Part shown: positions 21,001 to 26,945 of the stretch, in pieces | How positions within the stretch are numbered: position 1 is the stretch's first letter | Layout of the letters: each line of letters opens with the position of its first letter | Virus record (IMG/VR): IMGVR_UViG_3300033417_000652 | Coordinates: 1-32,363 of that record | Strand: one strand, 5' to 3' | DNA from: a virus | Lineage: Duplodnaviria; Caudoviricetes | Length of the DNA: 32,363 nucleotides | The notes under the pieces: model-generated | The model's input: the letters and a program-made list of their open reading frames with translations, nothing else | Told to the model about the DNA's origin: nothing | Database searches by the model: none | Program-made: the position numbers and the translations under genes

Positions 21001-21003
21001 CAT
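12076..21003 (-). CDS. Giant 2975-aa tail nozzle / DNA-stabilisation-like protein with inserted LamG-like domains and an alpha/beta-hydrolase
   Basis: N-terminal GYNDARNPLNLRDGESPRILNMD..FSRG and C-terminal propeller-type blades (RRVYLS, GDDLRITGAKEHFGRLIVGK, GPVSHQSMQSTGGRLYFVS, KKWRH) resemble P22 gp10/T7 gp12-type nozzles. LamG-type strands (SDFRIY, LVGHWRLDDGGG, VDEVRVY) and a GLSAG motif are present. It follows the adaptor. Confidence 0.75.
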   Translation of the reverse strand: MAAPGSYRPFPVRVAAGYNDARNPLNLRDGESPRILNMDLDQDSVRFSRGAVKFGNKAAPRPGVMTIPSDVPLAVEAGKSVPAGSSLYIPYDEKQDVGGDFASALKDPPGPPPFDDNFHIRRGRDIDLQVSFKIPAEEKLILASKKGAQITWSTPPAGWDVKWGFAQALDECFVIAQKGGDRLSPMSWFLGVVNTADALDKTDAAGNSLVTGLPPTTRRRSNYMVVFGWLDAAGWGNVTPENMRYLLANEGTISDADPSVAAGAYSTHAYRAVILERGIEPGRSYHLALQVKLDSGTVGAGRSPSVSWNQDGRIRALLSEDERPAEVFEYAAEPGSAGTAISGTGALGKAGIYQANRIHIWKGPADSMEYLVKYGVRYSGRDAMFLGLGYRYAAWASAGFVPFGHDSRPLENGGFKLSDTSTTNVTADIDPEYNLLAAWDDAGDPAGEFLEINQTGLTADPAAPVGATWGSETPWPGVGIQGYGPFGFKSQVWLGLGGGSASPHNPEALRHYRVIFTSEAKGLIAGNPEVGGAVFSIDTYENVAGLFYAQKFRLLDEGWIGGAPAADSDVPCLIQAFRWKQRPITISDFRIYASARDYTAALPDESLTPDYDFNFIEDYTPPSTTGDTWQVVAVYIPPGKPPPGGWPVWLTTPFGGGITTPPSLLLTDSLTHRAAYYAYQKGWAVVSVGMTGTRRIVAGVLEETNPILGGGTNWYPGRFDNGAIERWVDDDYHYAFKDAVWAVQYTRSRASAWGINASKIVAAGLSAGADAVAFAALGPDRADAGAGDFRTNSSRVGALVCHGAQLWFHGHAQIQSYATSPPTKLTILHSTTTPSINDDASPDSLADVSFVLQEDLSALLYAFNVNAGALGDPGITALNAAMPCMFWQHESVSPSTPDYAVAVHPSSGTTVPAMVNGMGLGGTGKTPGIATLGHEIWDGYMMYKRLGQISAPALAFHTKYSRLVVGVAVADTHAIDAAIAGFGASHSYLESNVIDAVNVQQVNQFLLEWAGLAVGAYVAPFDVDPRIEYGLTHDLLEDDETDTSLGELVGHWRLDDGGGKTCRETVRGNDAFFSPFQLPQTDKGTRGPKTVFLSGEGEALVLDFENDGFLKSQMHQFLGGGSAGFAIEITMRLTEEVHAYEQIDDQDPDELGNKTRYAPMLATWEIRDHVRDGMFTEPMPLMAFGHAIRTYGGIGQEPYFHPMGFSLEVARDSDQSDLGPRVPGVSVSATSTQPAGLHAWWRDTTAALNHSRWGLDAPWVGRTVTMQFGVQATSTPGTYRCYIAATPKDAFFPEDGDAANDEFAYFADEAILRADLLRSVVTIGGRFDPSAVGYLDLGARLVVDEVRVYASTAPGLLPPANGATTPAGSGKILGATSYPHRELTADDLLRPLGGGLLAVNTTAGSRVLLPSGGLSFFTGEAAETIESLAGAYILLLGDDVLRARREELPEIVPRYQLIESVAADGSSLSLADRWPGSSLKGAGARAFRMVGYSSLGDDLFGRVLTMGRGAAFRPGTTTTDDVSLTPGLFENLAPVPATWGARCYSPLGTLSPLSFSPRWVRGLKAPRRNPILGLHSRNDTKYAGAWGSLFEVDDRWRPFGPKQEGAALRSSLELRGRSAGDSNVLLPLADDWIEFDDPSALDLRVNQPAILADWVFDWWGRIPSYALYQTVLWTGSVETDPSQPPPVHEMQLWIRLNCGFPEVVVASSGAFDVGGGTPDRGLFVARSRTRVPLDRNVHVRVRLKHSTVAGNSWLVTPVIHVQGKSSTVDALSREYDAAADVDDFVNLANVPDFTQGSRLLVGCARDSVSQMDRATAGYLHVFGGRLAGLQVSNVDPITPEVPEGNFNPYATTHPSPVFQSIYDHEEDGVGHKVSDGVSQTGVIRAHPFVSLFHETGGQARPFSFANVGDEVHATNGGRPVVIEGLSARFSGLLAPMEEPRFRIEREPLWKPNVFTPSVVSPDQDPIPAAVPATATSLVYHYNTRGDSYVTQTYDAALKWNPDGYFAFKCYIRPRSVAGRIPLFSMRQSLASGGPFVEIRDGHLAIGWYDITLKQEVFVQTSEPVFRPGFVHYVYVRKRFPRQDAADGGNWISQVYTSEANGLYVGDAAVVRRFDYADPVAAPSFYGYDWWHPMDDAAIAGFSVERNCLGFTADEGDWLPPSVPLGTTATGRVSGINGLAWTASTPGIIGLTALQGTVHPDYVGKFFQWGTNLSGFLSPAGHRIFRIIATPTDATLSVIDENGVAPDWAALGFAGSFRGGVFNGVSMVKSEGFDASTQPDRGAYNVETFGSGIALNPLSGLTPYDGEFWSFAYAFKPGTAPATVAGDLNGLNLLDVDLFESAAALSWQGAVGTDRFDAHPSESSTTSAGELHVDESAGAFCHTCVDVRRYNETDVLASSQPNVDLTIALDGPGTKCLATSKVPRWVRRVSTLLSDVRRMAVRFFDEENFVESAESPIVEIAAQIEDSLNPAASERIIVDLPPSPDRDGLVRRVYLSDLGGVDLFLAAEFAGGDGAQGVLDRTPDVGGQPLDLRAGAPPRCGGLAWSQQSMWYFDLEGQRDGIFVSELQQPEKVSRLIDEDGLIRSFAVLDTGDDLRITGAKEHFGRLIVGKQTGLWDLELTSLGIAVRSIPGTTEGPVSHQSMQSTGGRLYFVSLSGPRFLDGSGLPMPVAGDKLETLFQNTTDPAYLPFISGCIHRGRSQYLFTLKRGGTLYVDERVSVEFDDGPGEISSKDPANHRISRYQGPNITALASVKTLAQGVQRVIGGTQEGFVVWMDRQDTQTVMLGPGPQHGDASLTVAAAAPGQVAVTVGSLDLALEGPRGALLRSLGAGSVEEQALVLFATVDQGVPKLYLDKLLSPTLGTATLGALMHEWFTAHLHAGTHYLNKKWRHADLSRVPQAGGGTMVMQALLNGSQTVSREYNLDLGRSHESHALSDLPPSRCLQLGLLTRTPSVGLSGEVLALTLQVDESDKKGNA
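17940..19200 (-). other. Alpha/beta-hydrolase (HSL/BD-FAE-like esterase) domain inside the nozzle protein
   Basis: Motifs in canonical order: VAVYIPPG..WPVWL..FGGG, KGWAVVSV, DAVWAVQY.R..A..WGINASKIVAAGLSAGA, RVGALV, MPCMFWQH, GHE. Boundaries are approximate. Confidence 0.75.
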
Positions 21004-21696
21004 CTACGACGGCCGCGCGAGCTGCCCTTGGGTCCAGCGCGAGATCGACCAGACGACATCCCAGGCGCCCACGGCCCCGCCCACGGCGAACCGCAACCCC
21101 TCCTGGAGCTCGATGCCGAGCGGGAAGTTCTTGGTGAAGACCGAGTCCCCGGTCACCAAGGCCGTTCCGACCAACTGCCCGGTGTACTTCTGGTAGTTGT
21201 TGCCCTCGTGGTCCTCGAGCTCGAGCGTGTCTGTGGTACGCGAGACCTGCCCGAGAAGCCCGCTGACTTCGTGGACCACGATGAACGGCCGCGGCAGGAT
21301 GAGCGGGCTGTCCTTGGCGACGAACGTCTCCGGACCGGGGTAGGTGACGGTGTCGCCCGCCGCGATCTCCTGGTAGCGGATGGGGTGTGCGCCGGGGGCG
21401 GAGGCGACGAAGCTCGGCATGTAGACGAGCTTTCCGCGCGTCGCGTCGTAGCTGACGACCTCGCCGGTGCCGGTGCCGCCCCAGGTGAGGTTATCTCCAG
21501 CGGCCGGGTTCGCGCCCGAGAGGGTGCCGATGAAGATCGACCTCTTCGGAGCGGAGATCGACAGGTAGCCGTTGGCGACCAGGGAGACGATGCTCTTGGC
21601 CAGCCGGTCGGTGGTCGGGTAGTAGGCGCCGGCGGTCGCGGGAATGGTGCTGACGTACGTGTCGCGCGCGGGAGCGGTGTTCAGAAGTACCGTCAT
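21004..21696 (-). CDS. Hypothetical beta-rich virion protein, 230 aa
   Basis: AAGGA SD before the ATG, T/G/V-rich beta-strand composition, and position between adaptor and nozzle. Confidence 0.7.
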   Translation of the reverse strand: MTVLLNTAPARDTYVSTIPATAGAYYPTTDRLAKSIVSLVANGYLSISAPKRSIFIGTLSGANPAAGDNLTWGGTGTGEVVSYDATRGKLVYMPSFVASAPGAHPIRYQEIAAGDTVTYPGPETFVAKDSPLILPRPFIVVHEVSGLLGQVSRTTDTLELEDHEGNNYQKYTGQLVGTALVTGDSVFTKNFPLGIELQEGLRFAVGGAVGAWDVVWSISRWTQGQLARPS

Positions 21697-21708
21697 GGCG
21701 TGTCCTTG

Positions 21709-22707
21709 CTACAGGAGGAAGGCGGGATCACGGTCCTGGTCGAAGGCGTGACGACTGGAGACTCCGTTGGGGATGACACGATCAAGTCCCTGCTCCTGCC
21801 GTGGCTGGAGCGCCTTCAGGAACTTGGCCGATTCCCGCTTCATCTCATCGGCGAGGATGAACCCCGCCGCCTCCACGTTCTCGTCCAGGATGCTCCGAGC
21901 CACCAGGAGGATGAGGTAGAGCATGTGCTCGGTGGGAACGTCGAGGTGCATCTCGTAGGTGTCGCCGACCACGGGCGGGGTGGTCCAGGCCTGGTCCAGC
22001 GTGAGCTTGGTTAGCCAAGCCGCGGCCGTTGCGTCCCACTCGCGGCTGGCCGCGGCCACCTGCCGGATCTGGCCGGACGGAGCCCTGACCCCTACGGCGT
22101 CGTCCAGGCCGGTCAGCTCCATGTCGATCCCGAGGTAACTTTGCGGATCGTCGTGGAAGAGGAAGGCGTCGTTGGGCGTCGCCGACTTGATGCGCGTAGG
22201 GTCGGAGGGAGGAATCGCCGAGACCACCGATGCGGGGGCGAGATAGAGCTCGTCCGCCGTCCCGACCTTGACGAGCGTGCCGGCGTGTGGGGCCGGCGGG
22301 GTGCGGGCGACCTGGAGGGTGATGTCCCGCTCAACGATGTTGCGCGTCTCGATCGCGTAGTTGTCCACGTGCGTCCAGCCCGTCTGCTGGTCGTGGAACC
22401 CGATGTGGGGAATGGCTCGGTCGATCACCCCCGGCCCCGTGGCGCCCTGGTCAACCCGTCGCACCCTGTAGACGTTGCGCGGGAGCTGGTAGCGCACGCG
22501 CCGGTCGTTGAGCGCGGTGACGCTGGGCGAGGTTCCGAGGATCGCAAGCTGGAGGTTCACGTACGAGAGGTGGGCGTCCACCATTTCGCGGAAGATCGAG
22601 AGCGAGTGCTGGTAGATCCAGTAGCTGATCCGGCCGTCGTAGACGGCGAGGTTGGACTGGTCGCTGATCTTGTCGCGGACGCCCCGAATCACCTGTGAGA
22701 GGCGCAT
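21709..22707 (-). CDS. Head-tail adaptor (gatekeeper-type) protein, 332 aa
   Basis: N-terminal helix LSQVIRGVRDKISD, RYQLP..V..V motif, and C-terminal VPTEHMLYLILLVA helix, as in podovirus adaptors. It lies upstream of the nozzle. Confidence 0.65.
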   Translation of the reverse strand: MRLSQVIRGVRDKISDQSNLAVYDGRISYWIYQHSLSIFREMVDAHLSYVNLQLAILGTSPSVTALNDRRVRYQLPRNVYRVRRVDQGATGPGVIDRAIPHIGFHDQQTGWTHVDNYAIETRNIVERDITLQVARTPPAPHAGTLVKVGTADELYLAPASVVSAIPPSDPTRIKSATPNDAFLFHDDPQSYLGIDMELTGLDDAVGVRAPSGQIRQVAAASREWDATAAAWLTKLTLDQAWTTPPVVGDTYEMHLDVPTEHMLYLILLVARSILDENVEAAGFILADEMKRESAKFLKALQPRQEQGLDRVIPNGVSSRHAFDQDRDPAFLL

Positions 22708-22710
22708 GGC

Positions 22711-23022
22711 TCAGGGGCAGTCCCCACGGACGCAGGTGTTCTCCCACTCCCGATGCTTGGCGGCGTGGAACTCGGAGCAGGTCATGCCCTCGGGCACCTC
22801 CGAGCAGTAGGTGGAGATGGTGGCGACGACGGGCGGCTCGTCCTTGCTTTCCGCGGTGCTCTGGATGTCGGGTTGCTGCATCAGCGTAATACCTCTCAGT
22901 TCGTGGACTCCGCGCTCCACCGTGCGGAGCAGGCCGAGCGCCCGTGTCTGCTGGTAGAACAGGGCGCACGTCGCCAGAAGGACAAGTGCCAGGATGGAGA
23001 TGCGTGCATGGGTAGTGTCCAC
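22711..23022 (-). CDS. Small membrane-anchored protein with Cys-rich C-terminus, 103 aa (spanin-like or unknown)
   Basis: N-terminal hydrophobic helix ISILALVLLATCALFY and four Cys in the last 31 aa. It fills the operon gap in the correct orientation. Confidence 0.55.
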   Translation of the reverse strand: MDTTHARISILALVLLATCALFYQQTRALGLLRTVERGVHELRGITLMQQPDIQSTAESKDEPPVVATISTYCSEVPEGMTCSEFHAAKHREWENTCVRGDCP

Positions 23023-23028
23023 ACGGTG

Positions 23029-23298
23029 TTAGCGACGTTCCAGCAGCTTTTCGACGGACTGAAGCCGCCCGTCGATGTGACCGATGCGGGCGCGCATTTC
23101 GACGTACTCTTCCCGGTGGTCGATGGCGCTGGTCCCCTGCGCCTTGAGCTCCATCTTGATCTCGCCAATGTCGCTTCTCATCGCGGAGACCTCGTTGACC
23201 ATCATCCCGGTTCCGACGAGGACCCCGCACATGAGCCCGACGATGGTCAGCATGACGCCGAGCTCGATCTTGGAGTGGGACGAGATGGTGGCGGTCAT
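23029..23298 (-). CDS. Small TM plus coiled-coil protein, 89 aa (holin-like or unknown)
   Basis: One TM segment (LGVMLTIVGLMCGVLVGTGMMV) followed by heptad repeats. GGAGG SD and ATGA overlap with the upstream gene. Confidence 0.65.
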   Translation of the reverse strand: MTATISSHSKIELGVMLTIVGLMCGVLVGTGMMVNEVSAMRSDIGEIKMELKAQGTSAIDHREEYVEMRARIGHIDGRLQSVEKLLERR

Positions 23299-23771
23299 GT
23301 GGAGTGCCTCCCCCGCCGCCTCCCCGGTGAAACGCCCAGCATGTAGTTCCGGCCGTGCCCGGTCGCGTGGAAGACACGCGGATGGACGTCCAGCGTGAAG
23401 CGTTCTTGCAGCTTGCGTTCGGCCTCCTCTTCCCGCTTGCGTTGCTGTTCGCTGTAGACCTCATCCACGAGCCGCGCCGCGCCGCCTGGGCCGAGGTACT
23501 TGTCCTGCATCTCGATCTTGGCGATGTGCTCGATGTCGTGCTGTTCGGCCTCGCGGTAGTTGCCGTCCTCGCCACGGACGCGGAGCACCATGTAGAACTT
23601 GCGGGTCGGGTCGATGCGAACGCGGCTCGATGCCTGGTTGTCCGTGCGGTATCCCGCCCAGACCTCTAGCGGCTGGACCTCTCCGGTCTTCTTGTGCCTG
23701 CGCTCCTTGAGCGCCCAGTTCGTTTCCGGGAACCGCCGTCGGAGCCGTTCGAGGAAGTCTTGGTTGCGCAT
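23295..23771 (-). CDS. Hypothetical phage protein, 158 aa (starts MRNQDFLERL)
   Basis: ATG at 23771-23769 just after the post-capsid hairpin. Charged globular sequence with RVRGEDGNYRE. Its stop overlaps the next start. Confidence 0.65.
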   Translation of the reverse strand: MRNQDFLERLRRRFPETNWALKERRHKKTGEVQPLEVWAGYRTDNQASSRVRIDPTRKFYMVLRVRGEDGNYREAEQHDIEHIAKIEMQDKYLGPGGAARLVDEVYSEQQRKREEEAERKLQERFTLDVHPRVFHATGHGRNYMLGVSPGRRRGRHST

Positions 23772-23777
23772 GGGATC

Positions 23778-23801
23778 GGGGCAGCCCCGCAGGGCTGCCC
23801 C
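23778..23801 (-). terminator. Perfect 10-bp GC hairpin after the capsid gene (terminator, attenuator or mRNA stabiliser)
   Basis: On the minus strand GGGGCAGCCC-TGCG-GGGCTGCCCC begins 7 nt after the capsid stop. There is no U-tract. Confidence 0.5.
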
Positions 23802-23808
23802 CGTTGGT

Positions 23809-25155
23809 TCAGGCTTCGATGAGGTCGCCCAGGAGAACGTGGTGGTCACGCACGTCCGAGCCCAGCGTGTCTCGACAGTAGATCGACGCCTGGTAGGCGT
23901 CGTGGTCGAGCATGCGCTGGTACACGGATCCATCCATGTCCATCCACTGCGGTTCCGACATGACGTAGACCTTCAGGTCGGTCTCGTCGAGGAAGTAGAA
24001 CCGGTTGTTGTAGCAGTCCCGGTCCGCGATGATCATGGTGTCGTTGAAGTCCAGGTAGCTGGTGCCACCCTTTCTGACCGTCGTGTCGTTGAAGCGCCGC
24101 TGCGTGACCGTGGTCTCCGAGTAGGCGCGCACCATGCCGAAGCTGCCGTAGATGGCGGAGGGGGACACGTCTCCGATCTCGACGGCTCCGGTCCAGGCCT
24201 GATCCATCAGGTTGTCGGTGATGGCTCGCGGCGTGCCGCCGTTCAGGAACATCTGAGCGCGGTTCCAGTCGTTGACGGCCAGGGTGGCGTCCACATTCTG
24301 GAAGCCCGTCTGGAACGCGGTGGCGCTGCCCAGGGCGAGCTGAGGCGGGTTGGCGTCATCGACGATGCCCGCGACGCCCATCGGCTCCTTGGCGAACGCC
24401 GTCGAGTTCAGGTCCGTGTTGGCTCCCTGCGTGAGAGCCGTGTTGGAGGCCCGAACCACCCAGGAGCTGTCCGCGATCGTCACTCCGCCGGGGACGGCGG
24501 GCGTGAAGGTCACGACGTTCGTGGTGCGGTTGACCGAGACCACCTTCGCGGAGTGTTGCACGACGGGGGCGGTCGTCGGCGCCTCGATCCAGGCGATGGT
24601 CATGTTCGGCCGGATCCAACGGACCGGGCTGAAGTCGGTGAGGTCTCCCTGGATGTCGGAGTTGGCCTTGGCGGTGAAGGTCGTTGCCGCCGCGGCGATC
24701 GCGCCGTCGTTCTCGCACAGGCGGCCCGAGCCGTCGTTGTGCACGACACGTTGACGGTCCCTGGACAGGTCCTTGCCGAGGTTCTTCATCTCGGAGTCGA
24801 TCACCCGCAGCCAGGAGGCCACGTCGGACTTGGAGGCGTCCAAGGTGATCCCGTCGAACTTCACCCGGCCGTAGATGTGCCGGATGTAGAACTCGAACTG
24901 GTTGTACTCCTGGGATCCCGGATCGGGCAGTTGGCCGCCTTCTCCGATTGCGCCGACGCCTTCGTTCCGACCGATGTGGGTCGGGAAGACGACGGCCTTG
25001 CCCTCGACCCGCGTGGAGTCACGCGGCAGCCGTTCGAGCATGACGTTGGGGGTAATCACCGTGTCGGCGACCCCCGGGAGGTAGTGCTTGTTCAGGATGT
25101 AGGAGAAGAAGGCTCCCGATCCGAACAGCACGCCGGTTGCGGTCTGTGCGGTCAT
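23809..25155 (-). CDS. Major capsid protein (HK97 fold), 448 aa
   Basis: EGKAVVFP..GRN.G...GEGGQLP (E-loop region), backbone helix IDSEMKNLGKDLSRDRQR, GDGSG-like NDGSG, and C-terminal strands RFYFLD, YQASIY and HHVLLGDL. It follows the scaffold. Confidence 0.85.
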   Translation of the reverse strand: MTAQTATGVLFGSGAFFSYILNKHYLPGVADTVITPNVMLERLPRDSTRVEGKAVVFPTHIGRNEGVGAIGEGGQLPDPGSQEYNQFEFYIRHIYGRVKFDGITLDASKSDVASWLRVIDSEMKNLGKDLSRDRQRVVHNDGSGRLCENDGAIAAAATTFTAKANSDIQGDLTDFSPVRWIRPNMTIAWIEAPTTAPVVQHSAKVVSVNRTTNVVTFTPAVPGGVTIADSSWVVRASNTALTQGANTDLNSTAFAKEPMGVAGIVDDANPPQLALGSATAFQTGFQNVDATLAVNDWNRAQMFLNGGTPRAITDNLMDQAWTGAVEIGDVSPSAIYGSFGMVRAYSETTVTQRRFNDTTVRKGGTSYLDFNDTMIIADRDCYNNRFYFLDETDLKVYVMSEPQWMDMDGSVYQRMLDHDAYQASIYCRDTLGSDVRDHHVLLGDLIEA

Positions 25156-25179
25156 TGCATTTCAGCTTGGGTTCGGTGC

Positions 25180-26013
25180 TCAGCCCCTCCCGGCACGGGT
25201 CTCTTCCTGGATGCGGAGAACGTCGGCCAGCGCATCGCTGAACACCTTGCCCTTCGCCAGGTCGGCCTTCGTGTGCTTCGCTCGCTCGGTGACCGTCGGG
25301 ACACCGAAGCGCGGCGATTCCGTGAGGAGCGCGTTGCGCTCTGCTTGACGAGCGGACCTCCCGGAAGCGTCGTCGACCAGGGCGGTGCGGATCTCATTGA
25401 CCGCATCGACCACCAGGCCGGGAATGTCGCGTAGAGCCTCGGGGTTGCCTGCGATAGCAACCGCGATCTGCTTCTCCACGAGACGCTTCTGTGGGGCGCT
25501 CATCCCGTCGTAGGTCGAGAGCTCACGGTCGATTGCCTTCGTGAGCCGTTCCTGCTCGCCCATCACGGAGCGTTCTTCCTCGCTGCGTTTCAGGCGTGCG
25601 ACCTCGGCCTCCAACGTTGCCAGCTTGGGGTCCCGCTTCACGGGCTTCCCCTTGTCGCCGCCGGTATCGTCGTCCGGCTCTTCACGCTCTCCGGCCGCTG
25701 ACCCGGTGCCACGAGCGAGCACGCTCTCGGGGTCTCGGATGGCGGCGCGGATAGCCCTGGCGCGTGGGGTGTCGCTGGCGATTTCCTTCTTGAACTCGAG
25801 GTACTGTTGGTACTCGCTTCCCTCGAGACCGAGCCGCTTACGCTCGGTTGCGTTGGCTTCCCGCTCCGACTGGACTTGAAATCCGTCACGGAGCAGTTGC
25901 TCTTGTCGTGCTGCGGGGACCTCGACGGTTTTCCCGCGCTTGTCGGTGAACTTGACCACCTCGGGCTGCTTGGTCTCGGCCGGGAGGTCCTTGGGTTTCT
26001 CCTCGTCGCTCAC
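25180..26013 (-). CDS. Capsid scaffolding protein, 277 aa (starts GTG, MSDEEKPKD)
   Basis: Strong AAGGAGGAGGT SD and GTGA overlap. Charged helical/coiled-coil protein with VKF..GKTVEVP motif, directly before the capsid gene. Confidence 0.7.
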   Translation of the reverse strand: MSDEEKPKDLPAETKQPEVVKFTDKRGKTVEVPAARQEQLLRDGFQVQSEREANATERKRLGLEGSEYQQYLEFKKEIASDTPRARAIRAAIRDPESVLARGTGSAAGEREEPDDDTGGDKGKPVKRDPKLATLEAEVARLKRSEEERSVMGEQERLTKAIDRELSTYDGMSAPQKRLVEKQIAVAIAGNPEALRDIPGLVVDAVNEIRTALVDDASGRSARQAERNALLTESPRFGVPTVTERAKHTKADLAKGKVFSDALADVLRIQEETRAGRG

Positions 26014-26516
26014 GCGCTCACCTCCTCCTTGTCCACGTCGGCTTGCTCCCCGAAAGTCTGGTTGAGCAGATCCACCACGTCTTGCGGGGGCAGCTCGCGG
26101 ATCCTCAGGGGGTTGGGTCCGAAGCGCCGGCCGTCGTAGCGGCGGATCTTGAGCATGGTGGTCAGTCCTTGATGTAGGCAGCACTGGCAGTAGACGTCGC
26201 TCTGGCTCCAGGGCGTGCCGCGCTGGTGGAAGCTGGCCCACCAGTCGGAGTCGTCGAGGCCGCCCTCGCCGCGCACAGTCATCCAGATCCCCGGCCCGCC
26301 GCAGATGTGACACTCCAGGTAGTAGACTGAGTCGGGACGGTTGTTGAGCTGCTGCTCGCGCCGTGAGGCGCGCTTGTCGGCTTCGCGCGCCACGATGGAC
26401 GTGGCGAGCTTGTCCTGGAGCCTGGTGTCGGCCTTCGACACCTTGACGATCGGGGGGACCACGGACGGCGCCTTGATGGGCACGGGCTCCTTGGTCTCTC
26501 TCTTAGGGGCGGGCAT
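26010..26516 (-). CDS. Zn-ribbon-like hypothetical protein, 168 aa (starts MPAPKRE)
   Basis: AAGGAGGT SD before the ATG at 26516. CHIC and CQCC motifs. An alternative ATG at 26543 overlaps the upstream stop. Confidence 0.7.
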   Translation of the reverse strand: MPAPKRETKEPVPIKAPSVVPPIVKVSKADTRLQDKLATSIVAREADKRASRREQQLNNRPDSVYYLECHICGGPGIWMTVRGEGGLDDSDWWASFHQRGTPWSQSDVYCQCCLHQGLTTMLKIRRYDGRRFGPNPLRIRELPPQDVVDLLNQTFGEQADVDKEEVSA

Positions 26517-26539
26517 GGGTACCTCCTTGGGTCGTGGGA

Positions 26540-26935
26540 TCATGCGTAGGCCGGGAAGTTCTTGCGGGCGCGGCCGATCACGGTGCAGGGCATGGCGTCG
26601 ATGGCGACGGTGTTGCCCGCGGTCGCTTCGATCAGCGGCCCGTCGGCGGCGTTGTTGTAGTCCCCAATGTAGACCAGGAACTTGACGGTGGTGCCGGAGA
26701 TCACGGGCAGACACACCCAGCCCTCGGTGCTCACGGCCGGAGGGATCACGGCGGCGATGTCGCTGAACCCGTGTGCGGCGAGATCGACGGCCGTTCCGCC
26801 GCCGACGGAGTAGGCCCCGGAGGCGTGGTCGAACCGGAGGCTCTTGATGACGAGCTCGGCACGCGGCTCGAGCGTCTCGTCGGGGTCGCTCTCGATGATG
26901 GAGTGCTTGTCTTGGACGGTCCAAACGGAGGCCAT
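26540..26935 (-). CDS. Small beta-rich protein, probable head decoration/cement protein, 131 aa
   Basis: TAAGGAGA SD, Y..GG..VDL motif and C-terminal VIG strand. It lies in the head module. Confidence 0.6.
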   Translation of the reverse strand: MASVWTVQDKHSIIESDPDETLEPRAELVIKSLRFDHASGAYSVGGGTAVDLAAHGFSDIAAVIPPAVSTEGWVCLPVISGTTVKFLVYIGDYNNAADGPLIEATAGNTVAIDAMPCTVIGRARKNFPAYA

Positions 26936-26945
26936 GTGTGTCTCC

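Noticed and set aside
21004-21711. Stop-codon reassignment (TAG read as sense) suggested by two in-frame TAG junctions
   Set aside because: Multi-kb genes are open under the standard code, and each TAG is followed by a proper start, one with its own SD.
18571-22014. Long plus-strand ORFs (1147 aa here; also 8888-11479, 13366-15585, 15724-17901, 23599-25434, 29318-31093 and others)
   Set aside because: They are antisense shadows of GC3-rich minus-strand genes, with no motifs and complete overlap with well-supported genes.
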